A stretch of 51,137 nucleotides of DNA from a virus (Duplodnaviria > Caudoviricetes), in IMG/VR virus record IMGVR_UViG_3300030098_003180, positions 1 through 51,137 of that record. One strand, 5' to 3'. A program made the position numbers and the translations under genes. Of this stretch, positions 20,997 to 28,919 are shown in pieces. Below the pieces are notes generated by a model. It was given only the letters and a program-made list of their open reading frames with translations. It did not search any database and was not told where the DNA came from. The first letter of the stretch is position 1; each line of letters starts with the position of its first letter.

Positions 20997-23893
20997 TTAA
21001 CAGTCCTTTCTCTATAAACTATAGACATATCATCAATAATACCTTCGCTAGGCCATGATGCGGTATTTAAGAAAGGTGACATTAACATAATATTAATACT
21101 CTTACCACTACTTTTTATATTGAATTTATTTTCACCATTGTCAATATAATTATAAGTTGTACTATTTTCATTTGTTGCTTGATACCAGCTCTTTCCTCTG
21201 TCTGTAGTAAAGTAAACATTTAATTTTTGACTTGTAGTCCAATTCTTTGTGTTTAAATAAAGATAATAAAACTTCTTCCTTCTGTTTATATCACCACAAC
21301 TTATATCTCCCGTAAGGAATTTAACTGCTTTCCCATGCTGATGATGAAGGCTTCCATAAGAAATAGTTTGATAATCAAGAAAGAACGCAGATGAAGTTTC
21401 ATTCTTAGGAACATAAAATGCACTAATTCCTGGTTCTTGACCTGGAGATAAATTTTCATTTCCTTTAATTATTACTGAATTAGCTGTACTATTTTTTACA
21501 GGATAAGTTAAGTTTTGACTGTTCGAGCCCTTTAAATGACATGTCCAAACCTTCCTTCTTAAATTATAAACTAAAAAATCATCAGTATCTATACAAACTA
21601 TTAAATTATTTTCATTTGGCTCATAATAAATAGAAGCTTCGTCTGCATTTATAGCAACTTCAAACTGAGCATAACCACCCCAATTACCATCATTATCTAA
21701 TACAGGTTCAGTCGCAGTATCATCTACCTGATTAGAATAGCCATAAGTATACATTTTTGGTCCTAATTTAGCATCTGTAATATCTAATGTTCCTTGACCA
21801 TCAAAAAAGTAAACGCCTGAAGCATTAATAAAGGCCAATCCTTCATCTACTTTTGTTACTTGACAATAATTAGATATACCCATCCCTGGTAAAGTAGCTT
21901 CTATATATTCAATATCTTGAGCAACATTTACTACATATAAATCTTTTTTACCAAAAACAAAAAGCCTATCACCACTAGATTCCATTACTTGAATTTCATC
22001 TCCCTGCAAATCAAGATCAATAAAATCTTTATCTGAAAAACCTGCATGTCTACCATTAGTTGTTTTTAATATTTTAGAACCTCTCCATTGTCCATCAAGT
22101 GTTCCTTTTACATTACCTATATAAACTTGACTACCAATTATCGCAGAAGCTTTCCACTCAGCATTAATATCTTCAGTTCCATCAGGGTAACCTGTTTCTA
22201 ATTCAAATGTTGTACCTTTTGGTGGAGAGTGTACATTAACTGGTGTGGTACTAACACTTCCAGCAGTATAAGTTATCCATTCACCATCTGCAAATTTATA
22301 TTTTATATTACTCCCTCTATAATCCCATTCAGCTAATAAAAAATGTTCTCCATAAGCATCTCCATGGTCATTACATTCTCTGTAGTATATCTTCCCTTGA
22401 TCTATTGAACCAGCGGACGGTATAATAAAACTAAAATTTAAACTATTATATACAGTTTGATAATAAGGTATATTAACACCACCACCAACATTTTGTCCAT
22501 ATATTTTGCAATCATATCTTGACAATAAAGACTCAACCCCGTTTTTAATAGCACTCTGATAAAAAGAATATTTTCTATTACCCCATAAATTACTAGCGTC
22601 AGGAGGTTTAATAAAAGATAGTTCTCTTATTTCTACTACAGGATTTGAACCACCAGCGTCTACATACCCAGAAAACATAGGTACAATCCAAAACATTTTT
22701 ACATTTCCAGGACTAAAACTAGCACCTGTATGAATACTTTCTGTCCATTTTTTTGTTACAGTTCCCCAATAAGCATCTTCTCCTACACCATTTTCTAATT
22801 CGCCTAAATTAAAGTCCCAAGCCTTTGCATAGCTGTCTATAGGATTTGTGTCCCAGTTAATTCTATTATCCGCATCATTGCAATCAGCTAAAATTCTAAA
22901 ACCTTGAAAACCTACGTCATCTTGTAATATTCTATATTCCAAATGTATATAACGATCTTCTAGTGTAGGTGCTGAAAATCCATATAATCCATTATCTTGA
23001 ATTGTATCAGCAGTAGAATCTACTTTTCCTGCTCTTATAGTTAAACCACCACTCATTTTAGTAGACTCTACTGGGTTGTGTCTAAAAAAAGAAAAAGCAT
23101 CAAACGATTTATTTGGATTTCTTTGATTTATATCTACCGAATTAGTGCCCTCATCTAAATTTATATAAGTCCAATTAGCGTCTCTAGCAAGAGCATCCAT
23201 TTGATTTTGTGAAACAGAAGCGTCTATATGAAAATGATAATCAGTTCCACCAGTATTAGGCATGTCCCAATGGGTTCTACCTGCACCTAGCACATCCATA
23301 CCTGATTCATTACCTCCATGAGTAGTTATAAGAAAATCATCAGGCGCTCGTGCACCAGAAGTAGTTCCATCTCCCAAAACTGTTTGATCACAAATTTTAC
23401 CAGGTCTATTTTGTTGCCCTACAAAATTAACTTGTGGATACTGTTCTGATTTAGAACCAAGAATAATTAAACGATCATTATCTCTAGTTGGATAAATTTG
23501 TAAATCTATTCCCCAATTGTGAGAACCTCCATTATAATCAAAATCATTTACCATTCCTTCTGTGGGAGGAAATATTCTGTAATCACCATTACCGCTCCAA
23601 TTTACATCTTCTCCATGAGCATATACACCTTTTTCTGAATACCCCATTAGATTGCCATTTTCATCAGGAACTACTACAAATTTATTAGCAGTATGATCAA
23701 TTCCTTCTGGAAAAGCTACACCAACACTTGGTCTTGCTAAAGGTTTATGGTCATTAATACCACCTTCACCAAGAACACATCCTTGAGCTTGCGCACATTC
23801 TGCTTTATCGGTATCATGATCTAAATCAGATACATTTTTTTTGGTATTGATACCACCAGGAAATCCATTTATTGTAAAAGTTTTTTTAGGCAT
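20993..23893 (-). CDS. Tail nozzle/stabilisation protein (beta-propeller type, 966 aa)
   Basis: N-terminal FPGGIN motif, propeller-like blades (GDRLFVFGK, GLAFINASGVYFFDG), C-terminal RRKKFYYLYL; typical podovirus nozzle layout. Confidence 0.7.
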   Translation of the reverse strand: MPKKTFTINGFPGGINTKKNVSDLDHDTDKAECAQAQGCVLGEGGINDHKPLARPSVGVAFPEGIDHTANKFVVVPDENGNLMGYSEKGVYAHGEDVNWSGNGDYRIFPPTEGMVNDFDYNGGSHNWGIDLQIYPTRDNDRLIILGSKSEQYPQVNFVGQQNRPGKICDQTVLGDGTTSGARAPDDFLITTHGGNESGMDVLGAGRTHWDMPNTGGTDYHFHIDASVSQNQMDALARDANWTYINLDEGTNSVDINQRNPNKSFDAFSFFRHNPVESTKMSGGLTIRAGKVDSTADTIQDNGLYGFSAPTLEDRYIHLEYRILQDDVGFQGFRILADCNDADNRINWDTNPIDSYAKAWDFNLGELENGVGEDAYWGTVTKKWTESIHTGASFSPGNVKMFWIVPMFSGYVDAGGSNPVVEIRELSFIKPPDASNLWGNRKYSFYQSAIKNGVESLLSRYDCKIYGQNVGGGVNIPYYQTVYNSLNFSFIIPSAGSIDQGKIYYRECNDHGDAYGEHFLLAEWDYRGSNIKYKFADGEWITYTAGSVSTTPVNVHSPPKGTTFELETGYPDGTEDINAEWKASAIIGSQVYIGNVKGTLDGQWRGSKILKTTNGRHAGFSDKDFIDLDLQGDEIQVMESSGDRLFVFGKKDLYVVNVAQDIEYIEATLPGMGISNYCQVTKVDEGLAFINASGVYFFDGQGTLDITDAKLGPKMYTYGYSNQVDDTATEPVLDNDGNWGGYAQFEVAINADEASIYYEPNENNLIVCIDTDDFLVYNLRRKVWTCHLKGSNSQNLTYPVKNSTANSVIIKGNENLSPGQEPGISAFYVPKNETSSAFFLDYQTISYGSLHHQHGKAVKFLTGDISCGDINRRKKFYYLYLNTKNWTTSQKLNVYFTTDRGKSWYQATNENSTTYNYIDNGENKFNIKSSGKSINIMLMSPFLNTASWPSEGIIDDMSIVYRERTVK

Positions 23894-23906
23894 ATTTTAA
23901 TTTGTA

Positions 23907-23956
23907 TAAAAAGGAGCACATCCGCACCATAATATCCGCACCAGAATTAGTGCTCC
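23907..23956 (-). terminator. Rho-independent terminator-like hairpin with a duplicated 10-mer in the loop
   Basis: GGAGCAC/GTGCTCC stem (23913-23919 with 23950-23956) followed by a T-tract on the minus strand; ATCCGCACCA occurs twice. Confidence 0.55.
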
Positions 23957-23964
23957 AATCTATA

Positions 23965-24150
23965 CTAGTCCTCTATTAAAGCTTCTTTAACAACTTCTTC
24001 CATAGATTCCCAAATAGCAGTAAGAATCTTTTCTTCTGTCTTTTCAGAAATAATAGGAATATCAACGTTGTCATTCATCTTTTGTATCATTTTCTTTTTC
24101 ATTTCGTCATTGAATATATATCCAGCAACTATTTTACCAAATCCAGACAT
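23965..24150 (-). CDS. Hypothetical protein
   Basis: GAGGAG RBS; NDNVDIPIISEKTEEKI; co-oriented with the operon. Confidence 0.75.
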   Translation of the reverse strand: MSGFGKIVAGYIFNDEMKKKMIQKMNDNVDIPIISEKTEEKILTAIWESMEEVVKEALIED

Positions 24151-24218
24151 TAGTATCTCCTCTTTTTAGTTGGTTTTTTAGTTTTAATTGGTTTCTTTTT
24201 TGGTTTACCGTAAGCCAT
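24150..24218 (-). CDS. 22-aa highly basic peptide (not in ORF track)
   Basis: AAGGAG RBS; MAYGKPKKKPIKTKKPTKKRRY; stop overlaps the next ATG (TAATG). Confidence 0.6.
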   Translation of the reverse strand: MAYGKPKKKPIKTKKPTKKRRY

Positions 24219-24231
24219 ATTTATCTCCTTA

Positions 24232-24723
24232 TTATGCTGTACAAGCTATGTAAATTTCAATATCAACATTACCAGTATTTGCGTCTGCTTGAACATCTTT
24301 TAAATCTGCAAGCGCTGTATCAGAAGCAGCGTCCCCTGCAACAGCATTAAACATAGCTGCCATTCCACCTGAGTTATCACCTGCCATCATAAATGATTTA
24401 CCTGCATCAACTTTAACTGCAACCTCATCATTAGCTGAGTTTTTAAATGTCAATGTTACAAAATTTGTATCATCAAGATTAGTAAATCTCATATAAGCAA
24501 CGTTAGCAGGTATATATGTTCCTGCACCTATAGTTGTATCAAAAGCAATTATAGTTGCTTCTGTTGCTGTAATTGTTTCTATTCTTTTTGTGACGTTTTT
24601 TATACCAGTTATTTCCGCAGTAGAATATCCTCCGTAATCTCTACTATTAATTGAGCATGTTTCTGTAACTTGAACAGTTAATGTAGAACCAGTAGTCCCG
24701 CCATAAGCCGCGATTCTAGCCAT
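24232..24723 (-). CDS. Putative virion structural protein (beta-rich, 163 aa)
   Basis: AGGAG RBS; YMRFTNLDDTNFVTL motif; Ala/Thr-rich composition. Confidence 0.6.
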   Translation of the reverse strand: MARIAAYGGTTGSTLTVQVTETCSINSRDYGGYSTAEITGIKNVTKRIETITATEATIIAFDTTIGAGTYIPANVAYMRFTNLDDTNFVTLTFKNSANDEVAVKVDAGKSFMMAGDNSGGMAAMFNAVAGDAASDTALADLKDVQADANTGNVDIEIYIACTA

Positions 24724-24895
24724 TTTTTTTCTCCTTTGTTATTAAGCTTTCTAAAATTATAATTCTATCTTCTAAATTTTTTGTCTTCTCATCTAATTCA
24801 TTGTCTTCAAATACATAGTTCATTATTTTATCTAACTTGAAATGTTTAGCTAATTTACTAGCAACGCTATTTATTACCATTTTAGTTAATATCAT
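24716..24895 (-). CDS. Hypothetical protein (start revised to ATG 24895)
   Basis: ATGA overlap with the upstream gene's stop; C-terminal coiled coil. Confidence 0.6.
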   Translation of the reverse strand: MILTKMVINSVASKLAKHFKLDKIMNYVFEDNELDEKTKNLEDRIIILESLITKEKKNG

Positions 24896-25035
24896 TTCAA
24901 TTTCCAAATCTTCTTAAACATTAATACGCATACTATTATAAGCATAACACTAGCCATATCAACAAAATGGTTACCGCTATCTGATTCAATAGAGCCTATA
25001 GGAGTTTCTATTTTTACTCTTTTAGTCTCATTCAT
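24892..25035 (-). CDS. Small membrane protein (47 aa, not in ORF track)
   Basis: MNETKRVKIETPIGSIESDSGNHFVDMASVMLIIVCVLMFKKIWKLK; one TM helix; AAGGTGG upstream; fills an operon gap. Confidence 0.6.
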   Translation of the reverse strand: MNETKRVKIETPIGSIESDSGNHFVDMASVMLIIVCVLMFKKIWKLK

Positions 25036-25336
25036 CGTTCATACCACCTTTTTCCATCATTCTTAAAAACTTATCTTTAAGTCCATTTCCACTTAATCTA
25101 GCAATAATTTCTACTTGTGCTTTGAATATACCATTTAATTTCTTTTGTTCCATTTGTACCAATTTTTGCTGGTCTATTAACTTAATAATAATACCTTCCA
25201 ACCTCTTGAAATCTTGGTCTAGTTCTGTCATAAGAGTAGATTGGATGAACCGATTTTGTTTCCAAATAAAAAACCCGAACGCCATCGCTACCGCTACTGG
25301 TATTCCAAACTGTTCCAATATTGTAAGTATATCCAT
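25028..25336 (-). CDS. Holin-like membrane protein
   Basis: N-terminal TM segment (QFGIPVAVAMAFGFFIW) followed by a coiled coil. Confidence 0.55.
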   Translation of the reverse strand: MDILTILEQFGIPVAVAMAFGFFIWKQNRFIQSTLMTELDQDFKRLEGIIIKLIDQQKLVQMEQKKLNGIFKAQVEIIARLSGNGLKDKFLRMMEKGGMNDE

Positions 25337-25339
25337 TCA

Positions 25340-26119
25340 TTACCCTTCTATTAACTCTCCCCATAAAGAGGTTTTACCATTAATCATTTGTATAATATGA
25401 ACAGTAAATAATCCACCTCTATAAAAATCTACTATTGCAAAAGCATGTGCCCAATTTATCGGTCTTCCACCAAGCCAACTATTTGCTTCATCTCTCATAT
25501 CTTTTAAACAACCAATACTCCAAGCACTCTTAGGGCCGTCCATATGTGTCGCTGACATTTGTTGTAAGTCATGCCAGTGCCCGTACATTATATTGCATCC
25601 AAGCTTTCTAATATGGTTAGCAGTATGATACTGTCCCCCATATTGATGTCCATGATAAAAATAAAGCTTACCAATTTTAAGTTTTTTACCCATAGGGTAA
25701 TATTTATAACCTCTGTCTTTAAGGTTCACAGCATTTGGAAACTTATACTGAGGTATATAAGGATACTTTTCTACTGCAAAGTTAAGCCAATTATCATGAT
25801 TACCTTCGGTAATATACTTTTCTTTACAATCTACTTTATCCAAACTTTCATCGATCTGATCCATTCCTGCATTAACATCTTTTACATCTTGATCAAAATC
25901 ATCTATCAAAAATTCTAGTGGTGGAGCTTTCTTTCTTTTAAATCTCCAAGCACTAAAAGCGTGCCATTCTCCTACATCTCCCAAATCTACATAAGCATCT
26001 GGTTTTACTATTTCAATTGTCTTCTTTAGGCAGTTAATTGCCTTTTGGTCATGTAAGGGAAAGTGTTTATCTGGTGTAACTATTATTCTTTTGACTACTC
26101 CAGTATCCACTTTTTTCAT
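25340..26119 (-). CDS. Calcineurin-like metallophosphoesterase
   Basis: Motifs PDKH, DLGDVGE, EGNHD, YHGH and GHWH. Confidence 0.9.
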   Translation of the reverse strand: MKKVDTGVVKRIIVTPDKHFPLHDQKAINCLKKTIEIVKPDAYVDLGDVGEWHAFSAWRFKRKKAPPLEFLIDDFDQDVKDVNAGMDQIDESLDKVDCKEKYITEGNHDNWLNFAVEKYPYIPQYKFPNAVNLKDRGYKYYPMGKKLKIGKLYFYHGHQYGGQYHTANHIRKLGCNIMYGHWHDLQQMSATHMDGPKSAWSIGCLKDMRDEANSWLGGRPINWAHAFAIVDFYRGGLFTVHIIQMINGKTSLWGELIEG

Positions 26120-26122
26120 ACA

Positions 26123-26284
26123 TTACTCCTTTAGTTGTTTACGAATCAATGCTGTTTTATATCCAAAATATACTATAGTAGCTATTCCAACGCCTATTTT
26201 AACGATTTCAGGCAAGAAATCCATATACTGGACCCCGAACCCTCCTGAGCCAATAACTACCGATTTTAAGCTATCTATGTCCAT
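26123..26284 (-). CDS. Small holin-like membrane protein (start revised to ATG 26284)
   Basis: TAATG coupling; MDIDSLKSVVIGSGGFGVQYMDFLPEIVKIGVGIATIVYFGYK...; hydrophobic segments and a basic tail. Confidence 0.55.
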   Translation of the reverse strand: MDIDSLKSVVIGSGGFGVQYMDFLPEIVKIGVGIATIVYFGYKTALIRKQLKE

Positions 26285-26748
26285 TAAATTGTCCCATCTG
26301 CATCTGATACCCATGTTCCAGTTCTTGAAAAACATTTAGCAACCCAAAATCCACCTGTACAAACTAGTTCACAAATATCACCTATTACACCATTTGCTGC
26401 TCCACCTAAACCACTACCTTCACTTTCATCATATACTATATACCTATTTACTCCCCAAGCTGTATTAGTTGCTTCTGCTCCTTCATCAGCAACAGCATGC
26501 ATTCTTATTGCAGAAACTGCTTGACCATCTATATTAAAATCTGAAGTTACAGTTTGTCCCACTATTATTGTAACTTTCATACCTTCGGCATCACTAGCTG
26601 CAGGTAAATTAATAGTACTAACTGAACTAACATGATCTATTTTTATAATAGCCCCATCATGTCTTGCTTGTGTTAAAGTTGTATCACTTGTAATGTTAAA
26701 AACTGATGATCTTTCTGCAGGTAAAACGCTTAATACTTTTAACCCCAT
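26284..26748 (-). CDS. Virion accessory protein, paralogue of 31421-32160 genes
   Basis: TTLTQARHDGAII...TINLPAASDAEGMKV...IGDICELVCTGGFW pattern shared with the two post-capsid genes. Confidence 0.6.
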   Translation of the reverse strand: MGLKVLSVLPAERSSVFNITSDTTLTQARHDGAIIKIDHVSSVSTINLPAASDAEGMKVTIIVGQTVTSDFNIDGQAVSAIRMHAVADEGAEATNTAWGVNRYIVYDESEGSGLGGAANGVIGDICELVCTGGFWVAKCFSRTGTWVSDADGTI

Positions 26749-26750
26749 CC

Positions 26751-27146
26751 TTACTCCTTTATATATCTTATTACGTTATTTGCATGAGAAGCAACAATAT
26801 TCCAGTAAACTGTATCACTTGATTTGATTTCTATACCATTTATAGAAGTTGGAATAATTAATTCATAAGTTCCTGCTTGCAATTCCATGTGTGTAGTACT
26901 ACTTGCTAAAACTATATCACTTGGTGAGGTTGAAAAGTTATATCCAAAATATTCAGATGAAGCAGCAACAGGACTATAACTAAATAATATTTTATGATAA
27001 CCTGTTACATCTATATGTTGAGTTTCATCAGGATCTTCCCCAGATACCCAACCAGTAGTAGAATCCTTTAATTCTGTGACATTCCAATCTGATGTAACAT
27101 TTATATTTAAAGCTTCTTTAGCTGTGTATTTATTTATATTCGACAT
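26751..27146 (-). CDS. Putative virion protein (131 aa)
   Basis: GGAG RBS; N-terminus NKYTAKEALN; similar to the adjacent gene (IPTSINGIEI). Confidence 0.6.
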   Translation of the reverse strand: MSNINKYTAKEALNINVTSDWNVTELKDSTTGWVSGEDPDETQHIDVTGYHKILFSYSPVAASSEYFGYNFSTSPSDIVLASSTTHMELQAGTYELIIPTSINGIEIKSSDTVYWNIVASHANNVIRYIKE

Positions 27147-27154
27147 AAATCTCC

Positions 27155-27553
27155 TTAAATTATTGTAATAGAATAAGCATAAGCAGAATTAGCACTACCT
27201 CTGAAATTCATATAAATTGTATCTCCATTTGCCTTATTAATTTCAACACCATTAACCATTGTAGGTATATCTATTTCAATAAGAGCTTTATTTAATTCAA
27301 AATGTAAAGATGAAGACTCAGGTAAAGTAAAAGTTTCGCTAGCATTTCTTGAAAACGTTAAACCATATTGTTGCACATTTTGACTTAATATTCCTGCACT
27401 ACCTGTTCCAAATTTTATCAGTATCTTTTTATTATTAGTAACATCACGAGACACCATTGATCCATTACCACCATTATGAATACATATAGAATCTCCCCCT
27501 GCATACTCTAAATTTAATGCTTCATCACAACTAAATGAATTTAATTTACCCAT
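27155..27553 (-). CDS. Putative virion protein (132 aa), tandem paralogue
   Basis: N-terminus NSFSCDEALN; IPTMVNGVEI...GDTIY matches IPTSINGIEI...SDTVY in its neighbour. Confidence 0.6.
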   Translation of the reverse strand: MGKLNSFSCDEALNLEYAGGDSICIHNGGNGSMVSRDVTNNKKILIKFGTGSAGILSQNVQQYGLTFSRNASETFTLPESSSLHFELNKALIEIDIPTMVNGVEINKANGDTIYMNFRGSANSAYAYSITII

Positions 27554-28166
27554 TTCTCATCCCCCAAAAACTTTGAACAAAATGAACTCCAGCTTTTCTA
27601 GAACTAGAAGCTTTTTCTACTTGTTTTTTAAATAACCTTAAAAAGTATTCTCTTCCATCCATATCCCTGGCATCTTCAGCCATCTTTGCTTTTAAATAAT
27701 ACACTACTGCTTGTGCTTGATATTCAGTTAAGTCTAATTCAAAATCTTCATCAGTCATATAACTAACATCAGTATAAGCTGTTAATGTATCTGTTACAGC
27801 TGCACCATTATATTTTGTAGTAGTAATCCAAAAGCTTGCATTTAACCCAGATATCTTATGAACGCCTGAAAAAGTGCCTGTTGTAATAACTATATAATCA
27901 ACAGCTACGTCAGTAGATAATCCTGAGCCTACAAACTTTAAATTACCAGAAGATGTTTCATAACCTGTTATTCCAGTTTGAACGGCAGATATATCATTTA
28001 TTTTATATATAGGGCTATAGCTATACTCTATTTCAAGTCCATCAGTTACTGCTGTTTTAGGACTCAAGTATTTACCAAAGCTTGAATTTTGTATATCCTC
28101 TACTTCTTTTTCTATTAAAGCAACCTTGTTGCCTTTGTTATAATATGCGTATTTTTTACTTGCCAT
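27546..28166 (-). CDS. Putative neck/adaptor protein (start revised to ATG 28166)
   Basis: MASKKYAYY start overlaps the upstream gene end; C-terminal LTEYQAQAVVYYLKAKMAE helix resembles adaptor C-termini. Confidence 0.5.
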   Translation of the reverse strand: MASKKYAYYNKGNKVALIEKEVEDIQNSSFGKYLSPKTAVTDGLEIEYSYSPIYKINDISAVQTGITGYETSSGNLKFVGSGLSTDVAVDYIVITTGTFSGVHKISGLNASFWITTTKYNGAAVTDTLTAYTDVSYMTDEDFELDLTEYQAQAVVYYLKAKMAEDARDMDGREYFLRLFKKQVEKASSSRKAGVHFVQSFWGMRNG

Positions 28167-28437
28167 CTGCATCCTGTGTTTGTGGTTCATATATTGATCT
28201 AGGAATTGATTGGTATAAACCATCATCATTATCGTGATCTTTACATCTTAAATCAAGCATACGTAATGCATCATTAGGGACCTGGTAAAATCTTTGGTCT
28301 TTAACAATATCAATCCTAGTAGTAGTAGTGTGAGTAGGGGATATAACCGCTATTTCAGACAAAGCTTCTTTTATATACATAATAGCTCTACCAGTTTGAT
28401 TAATCCCCGCTTTTTCCATTAACTCTTGGACAGTCAT
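28156..28437 (-). CDS. Putative neck/adaptor N-terminal-like protein (93 aa)
   Basis: MTVQELME...YIKEALSEI...IVKDQRFYQVPND resembles adaptor N-termini; TAATG coupling. Confidence 0.5.
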   Translation of the reverse strand: MTVQELMEKAGINQTGRAIMYIKEALSEIAVISPTHTTTTRIDIVKDQRFYQVPNDALRMLDLRCKDHDNDDGLYQSIPRSIYEPQTQDADGK

Positions 28438-28919
28438 TAATCCATCCCTATTGCTTCAACAGCTATATCAGAAGACCCACCACGCTTAGCGTAATAGCCT
28501 GATGTTACAGTATCAGATGATCCTGGAACAGGAATAATCCAAGCTTCTCCTGCATTTAATGTTGCTATATGTTCAGAATCAGCATATATCTTTAATGTAT
28601 CTGTAGTAGCATTACCTAATACTGATGCGCTGCTCCATAAATATCCAGTATGTTTTACATAAATAAATGTAGCGGTACCGTCACCAATTGCACATGTTGT
28701 ACTATTATCTGCCTGTAAATATGGAGTAGAGCTTACTCCGTTTGTAAATGTTCCACCTTGAGAAATTGCTCCATCAGTTTCACTAGTGCCGCTTCCTCCA
28801 AGCGTTTTTCTTATATTCTCATGTATTGTATCATGTGCCATTGTTCCGCCATCATCACCTGATTCTTTAGCTACTGGTGTGGCAGAAACAGACCATCTTA
28901 CTTCATGTGTTGTTGCCAT
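28437..28919 (-). CDS. Putative virion protein (160 aa)
   Basis: AGGAG RBS; FIYVKHTGY motif; Gly/Ser/Thr-rich beta composition. Confidence 0.6.
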   Translation of the reverse strand: MATTHEVRWSVSATPVAKESGDDGGTMAHDTIHENIRKTLGGSGTSETDGAISQGGTFTNGVSSTPYLQADNSTTCAIGDGTATFIYVKHTGYLWSSASVLGNATTDTLKIYADSEHIATLNAGEAWIIPVPGSSDTVTSGYYAKRGGSSDIAVEAIGMD

